This document shows, piece after piece, positions 6,453 to 16,758 of a DNA stretch of 43,128 nt. The DNA is from an uncultured Gammaproteobacteria bacterium (GTDB taxonomy: Bacteria > Patescibacteriota > Patescibacteriia > Patescibacteriales > UBA12465): contig CAYTRX010000003.1 of the NCBI GenBank assembly GCA_964440365.1, forward strand, positions 1-43,128. The letters are read 5' to 3'. Both the position numbers and the translations under genes were made by a program. The notes under the pieces were generated by a model. The model was not told the origin of the DNA. It did not search any database and was given only the letters and a program-made list of their open reading frames with translations. Position 1 is the first letter of the stretch. Every line of letters begins with the position of its first letter.

Positions 6453-7922
6453 ATGAAAGTAAAAAATCAGACTCAGACTCAGCCAGAAATTCCTATGAGT
6501 GGCAAAAACATTATGGTCCCAGACACTAATGTTTTAATTGAAAGTTATGAATCAGTTAACGAACTTCGTCGTGGGGGAAATTTGTTAGTGATTCCGTTAA
6601 CAGTTATTCATGAACTAGATGCTCTAAAAGATGATCCTCGTGTTGGCTATGCAGTGAGGAGAGCTATTGGGCTAATTGATGAGGCTCAGGAGCTCCAGGA
6701 TGAAACTTTAATTGTTGAATCTGGTTTAAATTTTTCAAGATTAAACTTGGATAAAAATAAGCCAGATCATCAAATTATCGCCTGCTTAAACTATGTTTAT
6801 TTGAAATGGGTAAATAAGCAGGAGCCATATGCTGGTTACGACAAAATTAAAATGATCACTAATGATTTGGGGGTCAAAATTTTGGCTCGAAGTGTTAATA
6901 AAAAACACAAAATCATTATTGAACAATATAAAAAAGGACTTGTTAAAATCCAAAAAAAGGATTTAGAGGTTCCTTATATTTACATAGCCCCAGAAAAAGT
7001 GGCTATGGATTGGACTAAAAATCGTTTTTTTTCAGTCAATAGTTTATCTGCCAAAATCCCTGACGGCTCGGCCTTTATTGGTTATACCAATAGAAAAAAT
7101 TCTAAAAGAGGGGAATTTGCGGCGGTTAGACGTGGAGATATGTTTGAGATTGTTAATCCGCAGATTTCGTCTTGTGGAATTCGCCCCAAGATAGCGAAGG
7201 ATTTTGATACACCCAATTGGGAGCAAGCCCTCGCTCTTTATTATTGTCTAAACCCAGACTTTGATTGCGTCTTCTTGCAAGGAGCTGCTGGTTCAGGTAA
7301 AACTTTAATCGCTATGGCGGCTGCCTTAGAACAAAAACAAAAAGGGCTCTATGATAAAGTTTTGATTTTCCGGGTCCCCGAGCCAGTAGATCGGAAAAAA
7401 ACTTTAGGCTTATTGCCTGGAGATGCCGGAGCAAAAATTGGTTTATATCTAAGACCAATTGCTCAAGCTTTAAAGAAATTAATCACTAATACTAATAGCG
7501 ATTATATCTCCACTAATAATGCTAAAAATAATCGAAAAAAAAACAATGGAGGAGAGGAAAATCAGAGAAAAGGGTCAAATTTAATGGTCCACGTCGATGA
7601 TCTCTTTGAGAGATATGGTATTGAGGTGGCAGTTTTAGAATATGTTCGTGGGGAAAATATTGATCATTGCATCATTATTGTTGATGATGCCCAAAATATT
7701 TCCGAACATGAAGCTAAAACTCTGATAACCAGAGTCGGGGAGGGGAGCAAAATCATTTTTACAGGGGACCTAAAGCAAATAGATTCCCCTAATTTAACAG
7801 AGTCCAGTAGCGGTTTTGCTCACCTCATTAAAAAAATGGGGCATGATGCTAAAATCGGGGTAGTTACCTTAAAACAAGCTCTGCGAAGTCGTCTAGCGAC
7901 TTTGGCTAATAAATTTTTGTAA
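6453..7922 (+). CDS. PIN-domain plus PhoH-like ATPase (YlaK/PhoH2 type)
   Basis: N-terminal PIN signature (VPDTNVLI..IPLTVIHELD) and PhoH-like P-loop GAAGSGKT plus a IIVDDAQN Walker B. A low-complexity N/K-rich insert lies between them. Confidence 0.8.
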   Translation: MKVKNQTQTQPEIPMSGKNIMVPDTNVLIESYESVNELRRGGNLLVIPLTVIHELDALKDDPRVGYAVRRAIGLIDEAQELQDETLIVESGLNFSRLNLDKNKPDHQIIACLNYVYLKWVNKQEPYAGYDKIKMITNDLGVKILARSVNKKHKIIIEQYKKGLVKIQKKDLEVPYIYIAPEKVAMDWTKNRFFSVNSLSAKIPDGSAFIGYTNRKNSKRGEFAAVRRGDMFEIVNPQISSCGIRPKIAKDFDTPNWEQALALYYCLNPDFDCVFLQGAAGSGKTLIAMAAALEQKQKGLYDKVLIFRVPEPVDRKKTLGLLPGDAGAKIGLYLRPIAQALKKLITNTNSDYISTNNAKNNRKKNNGGEENQRKGSNLMVHVDDLFERYGIEVAVLEYVRGENIDHCIIIVDDAQNISEHEAKTLITRVGEGSKIIFTGDLKQIDSPNLTESSSGFAHLIKKMGHDAKIGVVTLKQALRSRLATLANKFL

Positions 7923-7952
7923 TCCAAACAATACAATTTTTAAAAAATAAAT

Positions 7953-7978
7953 AGACCTAAAATACTTAGGTCTTTTTT
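7953..7978 (+). terminator. Rho-independent terminator
   Basis: AGACCTAA/TTAGGTCT stem followed by TTTTTT. Confidence 0.7.
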
Positions 7979-8054
7979 AATAATAAAAATTTTATAAAAA
8001 ATAAAGGATTTGAAAAAATAAAAAAAGCTTGCTACACTATAATTAGATAGCTCT

Positions 8055-8621
8055 TTGAAAACAATTTTAAAATATGCAGATATGAAAACAAATCACAATT
8101 ATGAAACAGAGACATTTGTTTCTCTGCTATTTCATTATCCAGATTATTTTTTCTCCTATTCAGAATTTAATCATTTAGTTGATTTTAATAAAGGGGAAAA
8201 ATTAATAAATCGGATTAAAGATTTAAATGCTACCGAAAACCCTGATAGCGCTTTAAGAAAAAGAATAGAGTTGATGAGTAATCAAATTAGTGAACATTTA
8301 AAAACTCTAAAAATCATAATCTTTTTAACAGGTTCTTACTTAATAGATTATGATGCCTGGCTTAGTGCCAAGGATCTTGTTTTTCAAGGTGTAATGCTTG
8401 ATTTGGATTATTTAAAGAAAAAGAAGATCTATCGAAAAAAAGATTCTTTAATTAAGGATCTTATTTTCACCACCCTAAGAATCTATGTCTATAACTTTGG
8501 CCCCTCTATTCTTGATGGAGAATTAAGAAGCTTTCTGATGGTCAATGACTATTTAGATGAAGTTATTTTTCCTCAAGATTGTTTTGATGATGAAGAAGAT
8601 GAAGATGAAAGAGAGTGGTAG
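8055..8621 (+). CDS. Hypothetical protein with an acidic C-terminal tail
   Basis: ORF with a TTG start at 8055 (first in-frame ATG at 8082). Ends DDEEDEDEREW. No family recognised. Confidence 0.5.
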   Translation: MKTILKYADMKTNHNYETETFVSLLFHYPDYFFSYSEFNHLVDFNKGEKLINRIKDLNATENPDSALRKRIELMSNQISEHLKTLKIIIFLTGSYLIDYDAWLSAKDLVFQGVMLDLDYLKKKKIYRKKDSLIKDLIFTTLRIYVYNFGPSILDGELRSFLMVNDYLDEVIFPQDCFDDEEDEDEREW

Positions 8622-8634
8622 AAATATAATAAAT

Positions 8635-8672
8635 AGCCGTTTTAAAAATAAATTACGGCTTTCTTTATTTTT
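8635..8672 (+). terminator. Rho-independent terminator
   Basis: AGCCGT/ACGGCT stem followed by a T-rich tract. Confidence 0.5.
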
Positions 8673-8876
8673 AATATTATTAAAATTTTAATAATAAAAA
8701 TATGTTTTTCTTGCTTAGGTTATAAATAAAAATCTTTAACAAAAACTATAATTTAATTAAATTAAAAAATTAATTTTATTTACTTAATAAAAATTGATAT
8801 AAAAAATATTAGAGAGTTTAAAAAAATATACTCTTTTTTATTGTTTGGATTATTAATAAAAATTATTAGCAAAATA

Positions 8877-8907
8877 AAAAAGGACTATTTTAAATAGTCC
8901 TTTTATT
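8877..8907. terminator. Bidirectional terminator hairpin
   Basis: AGGACTATTT/AAATAGTCCT stem with an A-run on one side and a T-run on the other. Sits immediately after the hppA stop on the - strand. Confidence 0.65.
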
Positions 8908-11319
8908 TTATTTATAATCCCTTTTCTTTTTTATTAGCAATCCGTAAAAACTTTTACGGACGAAGAAGAGGGCTATAACGAATAAGGCTAAGCCGAATAA
9001 TCGGTGCCAGATACTATAGCTAACCACTCCATTATTGGCAACTGATGTTGCCACTCCAATCTCTACAGCAATTAAACCGAAGAGAGAAGAGAATTTAATA
9101 ATGGGGTTAAAGGACACCGAGGTGGTGTCTTTAAAAGGATCACCGACAGTATCACCAACAATAGTAGCATCATGTAAATCGCTTCCTTTTTCATCCAGAT
9201 CAACTTCTACTACCTTTTTAGCATTATCCCAAGCTCCGCCAGCATTAGCCATATAAATAGCTCTGAATAAGCCACTAATAGTTAATCCCATTAGATAGGC
9301 TATAAAGAAATTTGGGTCAATCATAGCGAAACCCAAAGTAAATAGCACTAATGCTGGAATAATTATTTCGCCTCCTTTTTGGGCGAATTTAGTGCAAATT
9401 TCCGTCACTGTTTGCGAATCTTTATCTCGAGCTTCGCTTAAGTTAAAATTAAAATTCTCTCGCACGAATTTTGTGGCTCGGTGAGCTCCAGACACCACTG
9501 CTTTTATTGAGGCTCCAGAGAACCATTCAACAAAAGCTCCACCAGCCAAAAATCCTAATAAAACTGGAATTTCAGTTAGTGATAAGTTTAGCATATTATT
9601 TTTTTCCAATAACATAATATTAGAAAAAATCATAATGATTGCTCCAGTTACCGCTGTGCCAATTAAAACTGGCTTAATAGTTGCTTTGAAAGTATTCCCG
9701 CAACTATCATTTCTTTCCAATCTTTTTTTAGCGTTTTCAAAATTTGGTGTAAAGCCAAAGCCTCTCTCTATTTCCTCCTTTATTCCTGGAATTTTTTCTA
9801 TTTGAGAGAGCTCATACACTGATTGAGCATTATCAGCTACTGGTCCATAAGAATCCACAGCTACGCTAACTGGTCCCATGCATAGCATTCCAAAGGCAAT
9901 TAAACCAGTGGCAAATATCGGTACGTGCGGAATTTGTTCCATGCCAGGTAATTGGGCCATAACAAAGCCAACTAACATAATTCCAACAAAAATCATTCCT
10001 TGCCAATAGGCTGAAAAATGACCACTGGATAGTCCTGATAGGATAACTAGGGGTGATCCGCCTTCACGTCCTGATTGAACGATTTCTTTACAATGAATAG
10101 AATTAGCAGATGTAAATATCTTGGTTATTTCTGGCACAATAACTGAGGTTAGTACCCCTAGGCTAATAATACTAGCAAGTTTCCACCAAATTCCACCACT
10201 TAAATCACCAATTAAGAAATAGCTAAGAATAAAACTAATACTTATACAACTGATAGCTGTAATCCACAATAGTCTCATTAGGGGTTCTTCAAAGTCAAAA
10301 TCATTTTGATGACGGTATTTTCTTTTTAAAATTGCTCTGTTGATAAAGTATGAAATGCCAGAGAAGACATCCATAACAAATCTCATAAAGAAAATCCAGA
10401 CAATTAATTTTGCTTGGAGATGAAAATCTGGAATAGCTAGAACTATAAATGAAATTAGGGCCACTCCAGTAACGCCATAGGTTTCAAAGGTGTCAGCTGT
10501 CGGACCAACACTATCTCCAGCATTATCTCCAGTACAGTCAGCAATAACTGCTGGGTTTCGTGGATCATCTTCACCGACTTTAAAAATAATTTTCATTAAG
10601 TCGGCTCCGATATCAGCGATCTTGGTAAAGATACCGCCGACTAATCTAAGCACTGAGGCTCCTAGTGATTCGCCAATAGCAAATCCTAAGAAACAGTAAG
10701 TTACCATTTCTCTGGGAACAAATAATAGTAAAGATACCATTATTACTAGTTCCAAAGAAATTAGGAAGAGCCCAATAGCTACTCCAGATTGAAGAGGAAT
10801 AGCTGATACTCCCCAAGAATCTTTTCGTAAACTGGCAAAGGCTGATCGGGAATTAGCCCAAGTATTTAAACGAATTCCATACCAAGCAACGGCATAAGAG
10901 CCAATTATTCCAATAAGGGAAAAAGCTAAAACTGTTAAAGCTACTTCCCAAATAGAATATTGACCACTTTCTACTTGTGATAAGTAAAAGAATATTATCA
11001 CAAAGATGGGAATGAAGAGAAATAGCAAGAATTTCCCTTGTCTGACCAAATAAGTTTTACAGGTTTTGTAAATCTTTTCTGACACACTTAAAAGGGATTG
11101 ATGGGCGGGATTTTTTTTAACACTATGCCTCATGTATAGACTGAAGCCTAGGGTTAAAATAATAATGAGGGTTCCATAGGCTAGGAGATCCCAACCATTG
11201 ATACCTCCCAAGAGATCAAAAGTTGATTCTCGGAGGTCAGGCACCTTGAAACTAGCGTCTTGTGCAAAAACAGACACTGTGCTTATCAAGGTAAGCATAA
11301 ATAAAATAACCTTTTTCAT
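8908..11319 (-). CDS. hppA: Membrane-bound proton-translocating pyrophosphatase
   Basis: Motifs GGIFTKIADIGADL, DDPRNPAVIADCTGDNAGD, DTVGDPFKDT and GNTFKA; the Lys in GNTFKA is the position used to distinguish K+-independent enzymes. Start placed at the MKKV ATG (11319) behind AAAGG rather than at the upstream ORF start (11382). The N-terminus looks like a signal peptide. Confidence 0.9.
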   Translation of the reverse strand: MKKVILFMLTLISTVSVFAQDASFKVPDLRESTFDLLGGINGWDLLAYGTLIIILTLGFSLYMRHSVKKNPAHQSLLSVSEKIYKTCKTYLVRQGKFLLFLFIPIFVIIFFYLSQVESGQYSIWEVALTVLAFSLIGIIGSYAVAWYGIRLNTWANSRSAFASLRKDSWGVSAIPLQSGVAIGLFLISLELVIMVSLLLFVPREMVTYCFLGFAIGESLGASVLRLVGGIFTKIADIGADLMKIIFKVGEDDPRNPAVIADCTGDNAGDSVGPTADTFETYGVTGVALISFIVLAIPDFHLQAKLIVWIFFMRFVMDVFSGISYFINRAILKRKYRHQNDFDFEEPLMRLLWITAISCISISFILSYFLIGDLSGGIWWKLASIISLGVLTSVIVPEITKIFTSANSIHCKEIVQSGREGGSPLVILSGLSSGHFSAYWQGMIFVGIMLVGFVMAQLPGMEQIPHVPIFATGLIAFGMLCMGPVSVAVDSYGPVADNAQSVYELSQIEKIPGIKEEIERGFGFTPNFENAKKRLERNDSCGNTFKATIKPVLIGTAVTGAIIMIFSNIMLLEKNNMLNLSLTEIPVLLGFLAGGAFVEWFSGASIKAVVSGAHRATKFVRENFNFNLSEARDKDSQTVTEICTKFAQKGGEIIIPALVLFTLGFAMIDPNFFIAYLMGLTISGLFRAIYMANAGGAWDNAKKVVEVDLDEKGSDLHDATIVGDTVGDPFKDTTSVSFNPIIKFSSLFGLIAVEIGVATSVANNGVVSYSIWHRLFGLALFVIALFFVRKSFYGLLIKKKRDYK

Positions 11320-11484
11320 ACCTTTAAAATTTTGTTGTGAATGTGCGTTAATTATCAAGCGATAATTAAAATAAATTAACAAAATAATAAATATTAGTCA
11401 ATATCTATCGTCTTTTGTCAATTTGATTTTTTTAAAAAATAGAGTATAATAATATTATATTTAGAAATAATTTATTGTGTTTTT

Positions 11485-13845
11485 ATGAAGGATAATATGA
11501 CTCCCAAGAAGTTTTATTGTTTAGATATGTTTCCTTATCCATCAGGCTCTGGATTACATGTTGGTCACGTTGAAGGCTATACAGCTTCTGATATTTTTAC
11601 TCGTTATAAAAAGATGAACGGTTTTGCTGTTATTCATCCGATGGGTTGGGATTCCTTTGGTTTACCAGCTGAAAACTATGCTATTAAAACCGGTATTCAT
11701 CCCGCTCAAACTACTGATGCGGCTATTGCTACTTTCAAAAAGCAAATGAATAATCTTTCACTGGCTTATGATTGGGAGCGAGAAATTAAAACTTCTTCAC
11801 CAGAATATTATAAATGGACCCAATATTTATTTTTACTTTTATATAAAAATGGCTTGGCTTATAGAAAAAAAGCTCAGGTTAATTGGTGTGAAAAATGTTC
11901 TACGGTTTTAGCTAATGAACAGGCCGAGAATGGAATTTGTGAACGTTGTGGTGGAGCTTTAATACAAAAAGATTTAGAGCAATGGTTTTTCAAAATTAGT
12001 GATTTTATTGAAGACCAAGAATATCAGGGACGTCAGATTAAAGGCTTAATTAATGGCTTAGATGATGTTGATTGGCCAGCAACTACCAAAACAGCCCAAA
12101 TTAATTGGATTGGAAAAAGTTTAGGGGCGCAAATTGATTTTAAGGTTAATACTAAATCAAAACAAGAATATAATTTAAGAGTTTTTACTACTCGTCCTGA
12201 CACCTTATACGGTTGCACTTTTATGGTTGTTAGTCCGGAACACGAAATGATAGAGAAATTACGTGATAGCATTGAAAATTTAGAAGAAGTAGATAATTAT
12301 ATCAAGCAAAGTAAAAGCAAAACAGAAATGGAAAGACTTTCCAATAATAAAGATAAGAGCGGGGTTGAAATAAAAGGTTTAACAGCTATAAATCCAATTA
12401 ATCAAAAAAATATTAAAATTTTTGTGGCTGATTATGTTTTGTCAACTTATGGTTTTGGAGCAATTATGGCTGTACCAGCTCACGATGAAAGAGATTATGA
12501 ATTTGCTAAAAAATATAATTTAGAAATTATTGAAGTTATTAGTGGTGGCGATATTAGTCAAACTGCTTATAGTGGTACTGGAACTATTATTAACTCAGAG
12601 CTCATCAATGGCCTAGAAATAAAGGAAGCCCAAGAAAAAATAATAAAATTTTTGGAAGAGCAGGGGATTGGGCAAAAAAGTATTAATTATCGTTTACGTG
12701 ATTGGTTAATATCCCGTCAAAGATATTGGGGCGCTCCTATCCCAATTATTTATTGTGATCATTGTGGTGAAGTTCCTGTCCCAGAAAAAGACTTACCTGT
12801 TTTATTACCTGACGATGTTGATTTTTTGCCAAATGGAGAATCACCTTTAAAATATTCCGAGTCTTTTCATCAGGTTTCTTGTCCTCAATGTGGACGAGCT
12901 GCTCGACGAGAAAACGATACGATGGATACCTTCGTTTGTTCTTCTTGGTATTATTTTAGATATCTTGATCCGAAAAATACCGAAGAGTTCGCTAGTCAAG
13001 AAAAAATAAATACTTTGATGCCAGTTGATTTATATATTGGAGGGGCTGATCATAGTGTTATGCACTTACTTTATGCTCGTTTTATGACTAAGGTTTTACA
13101 TAAATATGGCTATACCAATATCAATGAGCCTTTCAAAAAACTACGTCATCAGGGCATGATTTTAGCCGAGGATTCGAGCAAGATGAGTAAGTCCAAGGAT
13201 AATGTCGTTAATCCAGATGATGTAATTGCTGAATATGGTTCAGATACCTTACGGATGTATGAAATGTTTATGGGCCCCTTAGAAGATCCTAAACCTTGGA
13301 ATACCAAAAATATTTTAGGAGTAAAAAGATTTTTAGAAAAAGTAGAAGCTCTATCTGATAATTTAAGTGAAGCCGGGGAAGATAATAAAGAACTTTTGAT
13401 TGAATTAAATAAAAGTATTAAAAAGGTTAGTGAAGATATTGAAGATTTAAAATTTAATACCGCAATTTCTCAATTGATGATCATGCTTAATGTTTTTGCT
13501 AAGGCGGAAAAAAATAATAAAAAACATTTCTCTACCTTTTTAATTCTTTTAGCTCCTTTTGCTCCAGTTTTGAGTGAAAAACTTTGGTACAAACTAGGAC
13601 ACTCCGAATCTATTTTTTCTGAAAAATGGCCAAGCTTTGATGATTCATTAATCGCTGAAGGAAAAATAAAATTAGCGGTGCAAATTAATGGCAAAACTAG
13701 ATCAACAATTGAGATCAGCCAAGACGCCAGTGAAGAAGAGGTAATTAAGCTTGCTCAAGCTGATAAAAACGCTGGAAAATATTTAAGCAATTCTTATCAA
13801 AAAGTTATTTATGTTAAAAATAGAATTATTAATTTTATTATTTAA
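11485..13845 (+). CDS. leuS: Leucyl-tRNA synthetase
   Basis: HVGH (HIGH) and KMSKS motifs, an editing-domain insertion and Zn-binding Cys pairs. Full length, 786 aa. Confidence 0.95.
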   Translation: MKDNMTPKKFYCLDMFPYPSGSGLHVGHVEGYTASDIFTRYKKMNGFAVIHPMGWDSFGLPAENYAIKTGIHPAQTTDAAIATFKKQMNNLSLAYDWEREIKTSSPEYYKWTQYLFLLLYKNGLAYRKKAQVNWCEKCSTVLANEQAENGICERCGGALIQKDLEQWFFKISDFIEDQEYQGRQIKGLINGLDDVDWPATTKTAQINWIGKSLGAQIDFKVNTKSKQEYNLRVFTTRPDTLYGCTFMVVSPEHEMIEKLRDSIENLEEVDNYIKQSKSKTEMERLSNNKDKSGVEIKGLTAINPINQKNIKIFVADYVLSTYGFGAIMAVPAHDERDYEFAKKYNLEIIEVISGGDISQTAYSGTGTIINSELINGLEIKEAQEKIIKFLEEQGIGQKSINYRLRDWLISRQRYWGAPIPIIYCDHCGEVPVPEKDLPVLLPDDVDFLPNGESPLKYSESFHQVSCPQCGRAARRENDTMDTFVCSSWYYFRYLDPKNTEEFASQEKINTLMPVDLYIGGADHSVMHLLYARFMTKVLHKYGYTNINEPFKKLRHQGMILAEDSSKMSKSKDNVVNPDDVIAEYGSDTLRMYEMFMGPLEDPKPWNTKNILGVKRFLEKVEALSDNLSEAGEDNKELLIELNKSIKKVSEDIEDLKFNTAISQLMIMLNVFAKAEKNNKKHFSTFLILLAPFAPVLSEKLWYKLGHSESIFSEKWPSFDDSLIAEGKIKLAVQINGKTRSTIEISQDASEEEVIKLAQADKNAGKYLSNSYQKVIYVKNRIINFII

Positions 13846-13847
13846 TT

Positions 13848-15476
13848 ATGTCAGCCTTATATCAAAAATATCGTCCCCAAAAATTTTCTGAAATCTTCGG
13901 TCAAAATCACATTAAGCTAAGCTTACAAAATGGGATTCTGCGTCAACAGATTTCACACGCCTATTTATTTTGTGGTCCCCGAGCGGTTGGTAAGACAACT
14001 TTAGCACGTGTTTTTGCCAAGGCCATTAATTGTCAAAATCGATCGGAAAAAGATTTTGAACCCTGCAATGCTTGTCCCATTTGTGAGAGCATTAATAATT
14101 TTAGCAATTTAGATATTATTGAAATTGATGCCGCTTCCAATACCGGTGTTGATAATGTTCGAGAAAATATTATATCTCTAAGTCGGGTTAAATCTTCCAA
14201 TAATAAATATAAAGTTTTTATCATTGATGAAGTGCATATGCTTTCTCTCTCAGCTTTTAATGCTTTGCTTAAAACCTTGGAAGAGCCACCGAAAAATGTT
14301 GTTTTTATTCTTTGTACCACCGAAGTTTATAAAGTGCCACTAACAATCATCTCTCGTTGCCAACGTTTTGACTTTAAAAGAATTGGTGTTAACGATATGG
14401 TAAAAAAATTGGAGCATATTATTAAAAATGAAAAACTAGAGGTTGATAGGGAAGTCTTGGATTTAATTGCCTTAAAATCAGATGGACATTTACGTGATGC
14501 TGAGAGCTTATTGAGCCAAATTATTGCTATTTCTGATCGAAAAATTGATTTAGCCAGCGCTAATTTAATTATTCCTTATAACGATCTTGAGGAAAATATT
14601 AAAATACTAGAAGCGATTAGTAAAAAAGATTTAAGTACGGCTATTAAAATAATAAATGAAATTAGTCGAAATAATATTAATTTAAAAAATTTTTTAAATG
14701 ATTTAATTGAATTATTGCGCAAGATGATTTTAAGTAAGGTTAACGCTTCTTTGCCTAGTGCTTTAGGTTTGGATTTAGGTGAAAAATTAGAAATTAAGAT
14801 CAATAATTTGAATCAAGCCTTTTCCTTGTCCGATTTAGTAATGATGAGCGAAGAGTTTTTAGAGGCCAGTAAAAAATTAAATACCGCTTTAATTATCCAA
14901 CTGCCTATTGAGTTAGCTTTAATTTCTATTTATAGCAAGCTTGACTCTACTACAAAAACTTTCATTAAAGAGACCAGGGAGAAAGACTGTGAGCAAGAAA
15001 CCATTACCAATACCAAAAAAGAAGAAAAACAGGAAAATTTAAATAAAGCCGAAGAAGATGCTTTGTCTAAAAAAGAAATTGAAGACTTTAAAAAAAATCA
15101 AATAAATAAGGAAGTTTCAATCAATAAAGATGAGGTGCTTTCACTTCAGGATATTAAATCTGGTTGGACTGAATTTGTTAATAAGCTAAAACCTCATAAT
15201 CACTCCTTATCTTTTATCTTGCAGAGTTGTAAAATTAGCGGACTTCAAGATCAAAAAATTTCTTTGTCTTTTAAATATCGTTTTCATAAGGATCGTCTTG
15301 ATAGTCCAGAAATGAAAAAAGTAGTAGAGGATGTTTTGCGTGAAGTTTTTTGCCATGATTTAAAAGTAGAAACAGAGGTTGACGAAAATTTAGAATTAAA
15401 TAATAAAAAAGATAAGTCACAAAATCAGATTATTGATAATCTATTAAAAACTTTTGGTGGACAAGTCATCAATTAA
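13848..15476 (+). CDS. dnaX: DNA polymerase III subunit gamma/tau
   Basis: GPRAVGKTT P-loop, the CNACPIC zinc module, IIDEVHML and SRCQRF sensor motifs. Confidence 0.9.
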   Translation: MSALYQKYRPQKFSEIFGQNHIKLSLQNGILRQQISHAYLFCGPRAVGKTTLARVFAKAINCQNRSEKDFEPCNACPICESINNFSNLDIIEIDAASNTGVDNVRENIISLSRVKSSNNKYKVFIIDEVHMLSLSAFNALLKTLEEPPKNVVFILCTTEVYKVPLTIISRCQRFDFKRIGVNDMVKKLEHIIKNEKLEVDREVLDLIALKSDGHLRDAESLLSQIIAISDRKIDLASANLIIPYNDLEENIKILEAISKKDLSTAIKIINEISRNNINLKNFLNDLIELLRKMILSKVNASLPSALGLDLGEKLEIKINNLNQAFSLSDLVMMSEEFLEASKKLNTALIIQLPIELALISIYSKLDSTTKTFIKETREKDCEQETITNTKKEEKQENLNKAEEDALSKKEIEDFKKNQINKEVSINKDEVLSLQDIKSGWTEFVNKLKPHNHSLSFILQSCKISGLQDQKISLSFKYRFHKDRLDSPEMKKVVEDVLREVFCHDLKVETEVDENLELNNKKDKSQNQIIDNLLKTFGGQVIN

Positions 15477-15497
15477 AATAAATATTAAAATAAATAT

Positions 15498-16754
15498 ATG
15501 CTAGATATTAAAAAAATACGTGAAGAGAAAGATTCTATTGAAAAATCTCTAAGAAAAAGATTGGGGGCTGAAGCCTTAATTGATTTAGACACAATTATCA
15601 ATTTAGATGATCAAAGGAAAGATTTAATTCCACGTTTAGAATCTTTACAGGCAGAAAAAAATAAATTATCTAAAATAAAACCTGATCCAGAAACTATTGA
15701 GAAAATAAAAACAAGCAGTATTGAAATTAAAAAACTGGAAGAAGAGTTAGCATCACTTGAAAATAGTTTAAAAGAAGCTTTGTTAGCTCTACCCAATATT
15801 GTCGCTGATGATGTTGTGGCTGGTGGTAAGGAAAATAATAAAGTTTCTTATACTTTTGGTGTTCAGCCTAAATTTGATTTTCCAGCTAAAAATCACATGG
15901 ATTTAGCTGAAGATTTGGATATTATTGACTATAAACGAGCCGCTAAGATGTCTGGCTCTGGTTTTTGGGTATATAAAGGTTGGGGAGCCTTGTTGGAATG
16001 GGCTTTATTATCGTATTTTATTTTTTATCATAGTAAAAATAATTATACTTTTTTAATTCCACCCTTTCTTTTAAATGAGGCTTCAGCCTATGCCTCTGGT
16101 CATTTACCAAAATTTGGGGAAGATTTATTTTGGTTAAAAGATGAAAATCTTTGTCTTAATGCTACAGCTGAAATGATGTTGGGTAATTTTCATCGCGATG
16201 AAGTTTTAAATGAAAAAGATTTGCCCTGTCGGTATATTGCTTATTCTGCTTGTTTTAGACGAGAGGCTGGTTCTTATCGTCAAGAAGAGCGGGGCATGAT
16301 TCGAGGGCATCAATTTAATAAAGTAGAAATGTTTCAATATACCAAACCAGAAAAATCTTGGGAAGCTTTTGCGGAAATGAAGGAACAAGCAACAAAATTA
16401 TTAGAAAGTCTAGGTTTACATTTTCAAATTAGTGATTTAGCAGCAGGCGATTGTTCAGCCGCTATGGCTAAAACAGTTGATTTAGAAGTCTATATTCCGA
16501 GCATGGGAACTTATCGTGAAGTTTCTTCAATTTCTAATGCTTTAGATTACCAAGCTCGTCGAGGAAATATTCGTTATAAGGCCTCTGATGGAAAAAATTA
16601 TTTTCCTCATACTTTAAATGCCTCGGGCTTAGCAACCTCTCGTCTGATTCCAGCTATTTTAGAACAAAATCAACAAGCTGATGGCTCAGTTATTATCCCC
16701 GAAGTTTTACGTCCTTTTATTCCGGGAAACCCAAGTATAATTAAAAAGGCCTAA
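15498..16754 (+). CDS. serS: Seryl-tRNA synthetase
   Basis: N-terminal coiled-coil arm and a class II core (FRREAGS.., GHQFNKVEMF, ..TLNASGLATSR). Confidence 0.95.
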   Translation: MLDIKKIREEKDSIEKSLRKRLGAEALIDLDTIINLDDQRKDLIPRLESLQAEKNKLSKIKPDPETIEKIKTSSIEIKKLEEELASLENSLKEALLALPNIVADDVVAGGKENNKVSYTFGVQPKFDFPAKNHMDLAEDLDIIDYKRAAKMSGSGFWVYKGWGALLEWALLSYFIFYHSKNNYTFLIPPFLLNEASAYASGHLPKFGEDLFWLKDENLCLNATAEMMLGNFHRDEVLNEKDLPCRYIAYSACFRREAGSYRQEERGMIRGHQFNKVEMFQYTKPEKSWEAFAEMKEQATKLLESLGLHFQISDLAAGDCSAAMAKTVDLEVYIPSMGTYREVSSISNALDYQARRGNIRYKASDGKNYFPHTLNASGLATSRLIPAILEQNQQADGSVIIPEVLRPFIPGNPSIIKKA

Positions 16755-16758
16755 AACC

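Noticed and set aside
15015-15021. A6G run in dnaX (ACC AAA AAA GAA) as a gamma/tau programmed -1 frameshift site; the -1 frame would stop after about 8 codons
   Set aside because: The heptamer is not in the X-XXY-YYZ register relative to the zero frame because the preceding base is C. No downstream stem-loop or upstream SD-like enhancer was seen. The A-run is also short for transcriptional slippage. Only a weak possibility.
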